Positions 35,117-41,755 of a stretch of 64,000 bases of DNA are shown in pieces. Below the pieces are notes generated by a model. That model did not search any database, had not been told where the DNA came from, and saw only the letters and a program-made list of their open reading frames with translations. A program made the position numbers and the translations under genes. Source of the DNA: Burkholderiales bacterium. GTDB lineage: Bacteria; Pseudomonadota; Gammaproteobacteria; Burkholderiales; JAEUOS01. The stretch is from positions 23,446-87,445 of the forward strand of contig JAEUOS010000066.1 in assembly GCA_016790695.1 (NCBI GenBank), written 5' to 3'. The stretch's first letter is position 1. The number at the start of each line of letters is the position of its first letter.

Positions 35117-35878
35117 ATGAATCCCGTCCGGTTTCGAGCCGCCGCCGCGCTCGTGTGCGCGCTGGCCGTGTCCCCGCTGTCTGCTGCGGACCTCAGGGTG
35201 CTCTCCGCCGGCGCCGCCAAGGAAGCGGTGCTGCCGCTGGCCCAGGCGTTCGCGAACGCGTCCGGCCACAACGTCGACATCGACTTCGGCACCATGGGCC
35301 TGATCCAGGACAAGCTCCGGCAGGGGGAGAGGGCCGATGTGCTGGTCCTGGCGGCCGAAGTTGCCGACACCCTGGCCCGGGCCGGCACCATCGTGCCGGG
35401 ATCGGTCAGGCCGCTGGCCAAGGTCGGCATCGGCGTGGCCGTCGGCGCGACGGCGCGCGCGCCCGACATCTCGACGGCGGCGGCGTTCCGCCAGGCGCTC
35501 GTCGATGCCCGGTCGATCGTCATGATCGATCCCGCGCGCGGCACCAGCGGCAAGCACCTGGTCGAGGTGTACCAGCGCCTCGGCCTGACCGAACTGCTCA
35601 AACCCAAGATGCGCTACGGCGCCGGCGGCTACATCGTCGAGCCGGTCGGCCGCGGCGAGGTCGAACTGGGCCTGCACCAGATCAGCGAGATCCTGCCGGT
35701 CAAGGGCGTCCGGCTGGTCGGCCCGCTGCCCGAGGAACTGCAGAAGTGGACCGTCTACGTCGGCGCCATCACCCCGTCGACGGCCTCGGCCCAGGCGGCG
35801 CGCGAACTGATCGCCTACCTGTCGGGCTTCCAGTCGAAGGCGACCTACCTGTCCAAGGGCTTCCTGCTCGTCGAGTGA
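35117..35878 (+). CDS. Periplasmic substrate-binding protein, ModA-like (type 2 PBP)
   Basis: 253 aa. Signal peptide AAAALVCALAVSPLSAADL, then LRVLSAGAAKEA...; overall ModA/molybdate-binding-like pattern. Ligand unknown. Confidence 0.7.
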   Translation: MNPVRFRAAAALVCALAVSPLSAADLRVLSAGAAKEAVLPLAQAFANASGHNVDIDFGTMGLIQDKLRQGERADVLVLAAEVADTLARAGTIVPGSVRPLAKVGIGVAVGATARAPDISTAAAFRQALVDARSIVMIDPARGTSGKHLVEVYQRLGLTELLKPKMRYGAGGYIVEPVGRGEVELGLHQISEILPVKGVRLVGPLPEELQKWTVYVGAITPSTASAQAARELIAYLSGFQSKATYLSKGFLLVE

Positions 35879-35978
35879 GCGGCGGCGTGCGAACGGCGAG
35901 GCGGCGCTGACCACGCGCTCCACCTGGCGCGACCATGCGCCGGTCATCGTCTGCGCGATCACCTATGCGTGCGCGGTC

Positions 35979-36785
35979 GTGTGTGCGCGCATCGCCTTCG
36001 AGGACGGCAGCAATGCGTCCACCGTCGTGACGCTGCGCTGCGCGTTCGCCATGCTGGCGATCGGCGCGGCGATCCGCGTGAGCGCGACCCCGGATGCGAT
36101 GACCGGGCGCGATCGCCGGCTGATCCTCGTCCTCGGCCTGTTCTTCGCGGTCAACGTGTACGCGTTCTACAAGGCCGTGGAGCTGCTGCGCGTGCCGCTG
36201 GCGATCCTCATCTTCTATGTCTACCCGTTGCTGACGGTGCTGTTCTCGGCGGCCGCCGGGCTGGAGCGGCTGCGCGGCGCGGTCATCGCCTGCTGCCTCG
36301 TCTCGCTCGCGGGACTCGCGCTCGCCACGGGCGCCGCTCCGGAAGCCGTCGACGCGCTCGGCGTCGCGCTCGTCCTGTGCTCGGCAGCCGTGATCGCCGC
36401 GGTGCTGGTCGTGACCACGCGCCGGGTCGCGCATGTCGATGCGCGGCGCCGCACCTTCTGGATGATGGTCTCGACCACGGCGGTGCTCGGCACGGGCCTG
36501 GTCGCCAGCGGCACCTTCACGCCGCCGGAAAGCGCGCGCGGGCTCGCCGCCCTGGCCGGGGTGTGCGTGTTCTACAGCATCGGCCTGGTCGCGCTGTTCA
36601 CCTCCGCCACGCGCATCGGCCCGGCCCGCACCGCGGTGATCATGAATCTCGAGCCGGTCGCGGCGATCCTCCTGTCGACCCTGCTGCTCGGCCAGGGCCT
36701 CACCGCCGCGCAACTGGGCGGCGGCGCGCTGGCCTTGGCCGGCGTGCTCGGTGCGCAGCTGGCGCAGCAGGCGCGGTCCCGTTGA
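35979..36785 (+). CDS. DMT superfamily (EamA-like) transporter
   Basis: Multi-TM hydrophobic protein with two EamA-like halves. The first canonical start (GTG 35979) falls inside what looks like TM1, so the true start is probably upstream (see findings). Confidence 0.75.
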   Translation: MCARIAFEDGSNASTVVTLRCAFAMLAIGAAIRVSATPDAMTGRDRRLILVLGLFFAVNVYAFYKAVELLRVPLAILIFYVYPLLTVLFSAAAGLERLRGAVIACCLVSLAGLALATGAAPEAVDALGVALVLCSAAVIAAVLVVTTRRVAHVDARRRTFWMMVSTTAVLGTGLVASGTFTPPESARGLAALAGVCVFYSIGLVALFTSATRIGPARTAVIMNLEPVAAILLSTLLLGQGLTAAQLGGGALALAGVLGAQLAQQARSR

Positions 36786-36988
36786 TCGCGCCCGGTTCCC
36801 CCCGGAAAGCGTGACGCAGTCGAGGTCGTTGACACTGCTTTGCATTTAGGGGGTTCCAGCGCCGGGCGCGCGTCGCGACAATGCGGTCCATGCGCTGGCC
36901 CCCGCATCCCGCGACACCGTCACGGTGGGCAAGGCGGACTGCCGAGGGCTCCTTCAAGCAGCCAGTGACGACTTCAACCGGAGAACAC

Positions 36989-37756
36989 ATGATTTCCATC
37001 GCTCGCATCGGCGTCCGCACATTGGGCCTGGCGGCCCTGACCATGGCCCTGTCGGCACAGGCGGCGCCCTACTTCTGGACCGACTGGACCGGAGCCACGT
37101 CGAACACCAACGGCACGAACTTCGTCGCCAACGGAACGATCACGACGAACGCGTCGACCATCAACGTGACCTACAGCAATGCGCAGGGCGTCTCGTTCAT
37201 CCAGACCAACGGCGGCACCGACTACTGGGCCAACGGATTCTTCGGCAGCGCCCGCAATGCCGCGACCTCGCCCTACACCAGCACGCAGGTCGACAACATT
37301 CCGACCGGCACGGACATCATCGCGCTGCGGCAACCGGGCAGCCAGACGCTGCAGTTTTCCCAGACCGTCGCCAATCCGGTGTTTTCGTTCGTGAGTCTCA
37401 ATGGGAACGGCTACGCGTTCCTGGACCAGGATTTCGAGATTCTGAGCCAGACCGGCAACGGCAACGATTGCGGCTTCTGGGGTTGCGGCACTGCGACCAA
37501 GGTCGAGGTCGACCTCGGCAACGGCCACAAGGAATACCGCCTCAATGGCATCTCCGGCGAACCGCACGGCACCATCCGATTTCTCGGCGCCTTCGACACC
37601 CTGGTGTGGAGCAGCCAGTCGTTCGAGGACTGGAACGGATTCACCGTCGGCGTGCAGGGTACCGCGGTCGAGGTGTTCCAGACGCCCGAGCCGGGGTCGC
37701 TGGCACTGATGGGCGTGGCGATGCTGGGCATCGTGCTGCGGCGCCGCCGCGCCTGA
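36989..37756 (+). CDS. PEP-CTERM sorting domain-containing protein
   Basis: ATG 36989 with GGAGA upstream. Signal peptide LGLAALTMALSAQA. C-terminal PEP-CTERM anchor TPEPGSLALMGVAMLGIVLRRRRA. Asn/Thr/Gly-rich body. Confidence 0.85.
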   Translation: MISIARIGVRTLGLAALTMALSAQAAPYFWTDWTGATSNTNGTNFVANGTITTNASTINVTYSNAQGVSFIQTNGGTDYWANGFFGSARNAATSPYTSTQVDNIPTGTDIIALRQPGSQTLQFSQTVANPVFSFVSLNGNGYAFLDQDFEILSQTGNGNDCGFWGCGTATKVEVDLGNGHKEYRLNGISGEPHGTIRFLGAFDTLVWSSQSFEDWNGFTVGVQGTAVEVFQTPEPGSLALMGVAMLGIVLRRRRA

Positions 37757-37780
37757 GCGGGGCGACGTTCGTCGGCTCGA

Positions 37781-37810
37781 GGCCCGCGGCATCGCGGGCC
37801 CTGGCGTTTT
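37781..37810 (+). terminator. Hairpin GGCCCGCG-GCAT-CGCGGGCC followed by a T run, after the PEP-CTERM gene
   Basis: 8-bp GC stem 25 nt after the stop. TTTT begins 6 nt after the stem, so it is not a textbook intrinsic terminator. Confidence 0.4.
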
Positions 37811-37856
37811 CAGGCGTGGCTTCCTTGCCGCGCCCGCTGTTGGCCGCGCCGGCCGC

Positions 37857-38519
37857 ATGGCGCACAATGTGCGCATGACCGCCAAACTGCGACCCGCCGC
37901 CGGCGCGCCGCCCGCTGCGGGCGCCGGCCTCGCCGGCCGCGGCCAGCGGCGCACCTACCGCAAGGGCACCCTGCTGATCCAGGAGGGCGATCCGGGCGAG
38001 ACGGTGTTCTACATCCTCTCCGGTCGCGTGAAGGTGTTCTCGGTCGATGACCAGGGGCACGAGTTCACCTACATCGTCCTCGGACCGGGCGACTATTTCG
38101 GCGAGATGTCGCTCGACGGCGGCGCCCGCTCGGCCTCGGTGATCACCGCGGAGGCCTGCGAATGCGCGGTGCTCAGCCGTGCCGATGTGCGCGCGCACAT
38201 GGCGGCCGATCCCGACTTCGCCTTCGAGCTGCTGACCACGGTGATCCGCCGCGCACGCGAAGCGACGCGCGTGGCGCGCGGCCTCGCGCTCGGCGGTGTC
38301 TACAGCCGGCTCGCGGCGTTCCTGGACAATGCCGCCGCCCCAGCACAGGACGGCGAGCGGTTGATCGCCGAGGTGCTCACGCAGCGCGAGATCGCCAGCC
38401 GCATCGGCGCCTCGCGCGAGATGGTGAGCCGCATCATGACCGACCTGGAGGCCGGCGGCTACGTTGCGCGGCGCGCGCGGCGCCTGGTGCTTCTGAGGAA
38501 GCTGCCGGCGCAGTGGTGA
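37857..38519 (+). CDS. Crp/Fnr family transcriptional regulator (cNMP-binding domain plus HTH)
   Basis: 220 aa. cNMP-binding beta-roll LIQEGDPGETVFYILSGRVKV...GDYFGEMSL; HTH TQREIASRIGASREMVSRIMTDL. No N-terminal Cys cluster. An alternative start is at 37875. Confidence 0.85.
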   Translation: MAHNVRMTAKLRPAAGAPPAAGAGLAGRGQRRTYRKGTLLIQEGDPGETVFYILSGRVKVFSVDDQGHEFTYIVLGPGDYFGEMSLDGGARSASVITAEACECAVLSRADVRAHMAADPDFAFELLTTVIRRAREATRVARGLALGGVYSRLAAFLDNAAAPAQDGERLIAEVLTQREIASRIGASREMVSRIMTDLEAGGYVARRARRLVLLRKLPAQW

Positions 38520-38523
38520 GGCG

Positions 38524-40557
38524 TCACGGGTGGCGAGGCACGCGGGGCTTGCGGGTAACGCCGGCCACCGCGAGCGGCGTGCGCTTCTGCCTGAACAGCG
38601 CTTCGCGGATTGTTTCCAGGGAGTCGCCGTCGGCGAGCCGATCCTCGATCCACGTCGCAAGCTCGTCGTCGGGTGCAGGCACGCCGGCCAAGCGCGCGGC
38701 GATCCAGCGCGTGACCTGCGGCGCCGCCGCGCTGGTGCCGCGCACGCCGATGATGCTGCCCGAGTAGGTGCCCGTCGACAACGCATACCCGAGCGCGGCC
38801 GATTCCTCGGCCGGACCCATGGCGTTGGGGCGGCGCATGCGGCCGGCCGCCTCCGGCTGGCCGTCGGCCGAGTACGCGGCTTCGCGCGCGTCACGGCGGC
38901 GATAGGCGCCAGCGACCACCGTGTGCCTGCCGGTGGCCAGCGCGTTGAGCGTGCCGCTGCGGCGCACGAGGGCCGCACCGGCCGGATCGTCGACCTCGTT
39001 GACGCGGCCGGCATCGTCGACGCGGGACGCCTCGTAACCGGGATCGTCGAAGTAGGACTGCCGGCCCCGGACGATCTGGCCATAGGGCGTGTCGTCACGC
39101 TGGATCCAGGCATTGACCCGCACGGCGCGGCTGCCGGCGACGCGGACTCGCCAGATGCCGCTCGACGCGCGCGGCGCCGCGCCGGCGGCGGTCGGCGCGA
39201 CGGCGATGAGGAAGCCGACGCGCCGGTCGCCGTCGGCGCGGCGTGCGACGATCGTGCAGACGGCGTTGCGCGCGATCATGCGCCGGTCGGGCGACGCGGC
39301 GGCGGAGAGCCGCGCGCCGTCCGGCGCCACGACGTCGACGGCGAGCCCGCGCAGCGCGCCGGCGTCGGCCGCATCGGCCCAGATCTCCATGAAGCTCGGC
39401 GTGATGTCGTCGGGCAGCAGGCGCCAGCGCAGCTCGCACGCGCGCCGATGCGCATCGAGGCCGAAGGCGGCGTGGCCGCGCGTCTGGGCGTTGTTGCCTG
39501 CCGCCACGACGATCTCCAGCCGGCCGCCGCGAAGCCGGATGAGCTCGTCCATCGCCTTCTCGATCAGCGACGACCCGTCGTGCGGGCCGGCGCTGCGGCC
39601 GAAGCTCAGGTTGACCACCACGGGCACGGCCGGGTCGATGGCATCGGCGCGCGCGACCACGTAGCGCAAGGCATCGAGGAGGTGAAAGCCGAGCGAGGCG
39701 CCGGAACTGTCGGCGATGGTCGTCTCCGGCAACTGCACGCACACCAGCGCCGGCGCCATCTTCGCGATCGCCTCCTTGGGCCATCCGACGGCCAGGCCGG
39801 TGACTGCCGCGCCGTGGGTGCCGCGGCGCAGGTTGCGCCGATAGCCGATGCGGCGATAGGCTGCGGCCTCATCGGCGAGCCCGGCAACCGCCGGAATGCC
39901 GCCGCAGGCCGCGGCGATCCTGGCGCGATCGAGTTCCGCCCCGTAGGGCAGCCCGGGTCCGGGGCTGGCTGCGGGGTTCTGGTCCCACAGGTGCCAGACC
40001 AGCGGCGCGCCGTCGGCGTCGCGCAGGCGGGCGTTGGCGAACGGGATGCCGTCGTCGACGATGCCGATCACCACCTTCGGCCGGATGGCGCGCCGGGCGG
40101 TGCGGCCAGGCACCGGCGCGGCGTTCGACGGCAGGTGCGCGGGGTCGATTGCCGGCAGCGGCCGAGACGACGGCGTGCGGATCGCGAGGCCGAGCTCGAC
40201 GCGCGCCACCGCGGCGACGTCCGGGTCCGCGGCCGCCAGCGCGCGGAAGAAGGCGGGACCGGCCGTTGCGGTCGCGTAGCGGGCCTCAAGGAGGTCGGCG
40301 CGCGCGTCGCGGGTGTAGGCCGGGGCGACCGCGAGCAGGCGGGCGAGGCCCGGCAACCCGCCGCGCGCGAGGTCCTTCAGCGCCGCGTCCTGCAACTCCA
40401 CCAGCACCGGCGCGCGTGCCGGCAGGCCGCCCAACTGCGCGAAACCGTCCAGGTCCGCCCAGATGAACGCGGGATCGATGCGCGCGCGCACGTCCGCCGG
40501 GCAGGCGCGCCAGTCGATGCCGGTCCAGCGGCCGAGCGTGCCGGCCGCGGCGTTCAT
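38524..40557 (-). CDS. S8 family (subtilisin-like) serine peptidase, no signal peptide
   Basis: 677 aa from MNAAAGTLGRW. Triad motifs IGIVDDG (D168), RGTHGAA (H248), AAGN (N355), GTSAAAPQV (S609). ATG 40557 overlaps the upstream stop (ATGA). Confidence 0.85.
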   Translation of the reverse strand: MNAAAGTLGRWTGIDWRACPADVRARIDPAFIWADLDGFAQLGGLPARAPVLVELQDAALKDLARGGLPGLARLLAVAPAYTRDARADLLEARYATATAGPAFFRALAAADPDVAAVARVELGLAIRTPSSRPLPAIDPAHLPSNAAPVPGRTARRAIRPKVVIGIVDDGIPFANARLRDADGAPLVWHLWDQNPAASPGPGLPYGAELDRARIAAACGGIPAVAGLADEAAAYRRIGYRRNLRRGTHGAAVTGLAVGWPKEAIAKMAPALVCVQLPETTIADSSGASLGFHLLDALRYVVARADAIDPAVPVVVNLSFGRSAGPHDGSSLIEKAMDELIRLRGGRLEIVVAAGNNAQTRGHAAFGLDAHRRACELRWRLLPDDITPSFMEIWADAADAGALRGLAVDVVAPDGARLSAAASPDRRMIARNAVCTIVARRADGDRRVGFLIAVAPTAAGAAPRASSGIWRVRVAGSRAVRVNAWIQRDDTPYGQIVRGRQSYFDDPGYEASRVDDAGRVNEVDDPAGAALVRRSGTLNALATGRHTVVAGAYRRRDAREAAYSADGQPEAAGRMRRPNAMGPAEESAALGYALSTGTYSGSIIGVRGTSAAAPQVTRWIAARLAGVPAPDDELATWIEDRLADGDSLETIREALFRQKRTPLAVAGVTRKPRVPRHP

Positions 40558-41717
40558 CCGCGGCCCCACTCGCGGTCGGCCGCCTCGCGCAGCCAGCGCA
40601 GCGCGGGCGCGACGGGCGGGGTGACGGCATTCGCGGGCCCCGCGACCTGCCACGGCGGGGCGTCGACCTGCGCCGGGAAGTCCTCGCCGTCCGGATAGGC
40701 ACGCGCGTCGAAGCGTCGCGGCGCGAGCCCGTTGCGGTAGCCGCAGCGGCACAGCACGTAGTCGGCCAGCGCGTTGCCGAGCACCTCGCCGGCCGACGAG
40801 TCGATCGGGAAGTGCACGCCGGCGATGGTGCGGTTGATCGCGATGCGCGTCGCCTGGCGCTGCAGCTGCTCGTGCAGCGCGTCGCCGTGCGGATGCAGCC
40901 GCGCGAGGATCCGGGCGATCATGAACGCCTCGGTCGCATGGCCGCTCGGCAGCGTGCCGTGCCCCGGGGTGGAGATGATCGGCTGGATCCTCGAGGAGAA
41001 CTCGACCGGGCGCGGCGCGGCCAGCGCGTGCTTGAAGCGCATCTCGACGGTGAAGGCCAGGCGCAGCGCCGCTTCCAGCAGCTCGATGGTCTTGCCGTGG
41101 CGTCCGGGCTGGAGGCCGCAGACCGATCCCCAGAACGCGAACTGGGGGCCGAGCTGCGCGAGGATTTCGCCGGAACGCTCCTCGCGCAGGTCCGCATAGT
41201 CGTTGACCAGGGCGAGCTGGCGCTTCAGTTGCGCGCTGGACGGGCCGATCATCTGCACCAGGGTGGCGTGGCGGGTCGTCCCGGTGACGAAGCGATCGTG
41301 GCGCGCGGCCCCGGCACCGCGCGCAATCTGGCAGGCGAGGCTGGCGGCGGCGCGGCCCGCAATCCGGCCGGCGTCGAAGGTCAGGCCGGCGCGCAGTTCG
41401 AAATCGATGACGGCGGCGCGCACGCCCGGGTCCCACTTGGCCAGCCGCGCGGGATCGGCCGGCTGCCACGGGTCGAGGTCGGGTTTGCCGTCCCAGGCGC
41501 CGAGGATGCCGTCGCGGTGATAGACCAGCGCCCCGGCGAAGAGCGGACTGAACGCCCCGGCGGCGCCCGCCGCCCCCGCTGCCCCCGCGGCGCCGGCGGC
41601 TCCCGCGGCGCCGGCCGCCCCCGCCGCGCCGGCCGCCCCGGCCGCCCCGGCGGCGCCTGCCGCCCCTGCCGCGCCCGCCAGCAGTGCCGCGCCTGCGGCT
41701 CCCGCATATGTGCTCAT
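40554..41717 (-). CDS. Soluble PAP2 / vanadium-haloperoxidase-fold protein with N-terminal (Gly-Ala-Ala)13 tract
   Basis: 387 aa. GAGGAGA 7 nt before ATG 41717. PAP2 signature is complete: K229-X6-RP237, PSGH(257-260), R296-X5-H302-X3-D306. No obvious TM helix or signal peptide. Confidence 0.8.
   Translation of the reverse strand: MSTYAGAAGAALLAGAAGAAGAAGAAGAAGAAGAAGAAGAAGAAGAAGAAGAAGAFSPLFAGALVYHRDGILGAWDGKPDLDPWQPADPARLAKWDPGVRAAVIDFELRAGLTFDAGRIAGRAAASLACQIARGAGAARHDRFVTGTTRHATLVQMIGPSSAQLKRQLALVNDYADLREERSGEILAQLGPQFAFWGSVCGLQPGRHGKTIELLEAALRLAFTVEMRFKHALAAPRPVEFSSRIQPIISTPGHGTLPSGHATEAFMIARILARLHPHGDALHEQLQRQATRIAINRTIAGVHFPIDSSAGEVLGNALADYVLCRCGYRNGLAPRRFDARAYPDGEDFPAQVDAPPWQVAGPANAVTPPVAPALRWLREAADREWGRG
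41553..41675 (-). repeat. Coding tract for 13 consecutive Gly-Ala-Ala triplets (aa 15-55 of the PAP2-fold protein)
   Basis: Read codon by codon. Gly is encoded by GGG/GGC/GGA and Ala by GCG/GCC/GCA in irregular order, so the periodicity is exact at protein level but imperfect at DNA level. Confidence 0.9.
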
Positions 41718-41755
41718 GGTTCGATCTCCTCGTCTGGTTGTCGGGTTGCCGACGC

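Noticed and set aside
36830-36844. A sigma54-like element, TGACAC-N5-TGCA, upstream of the PEP-CTERM gene.
   Set aside because: The essential GG dinucleotide is GA here, and the GG-to-GC spacing is one base short of the -24/-12 consensus.
41553-41675. Reading the Gly-Ala-Ala tract as a slipped-strand, phase-variable microsatellite.
   Set aside because: The underlying codons are heterogeneous, so there is no long perfect DNA repeat to promote slippage. Any in-frame 9-nt or 3-nt change would also not switch the gene off.
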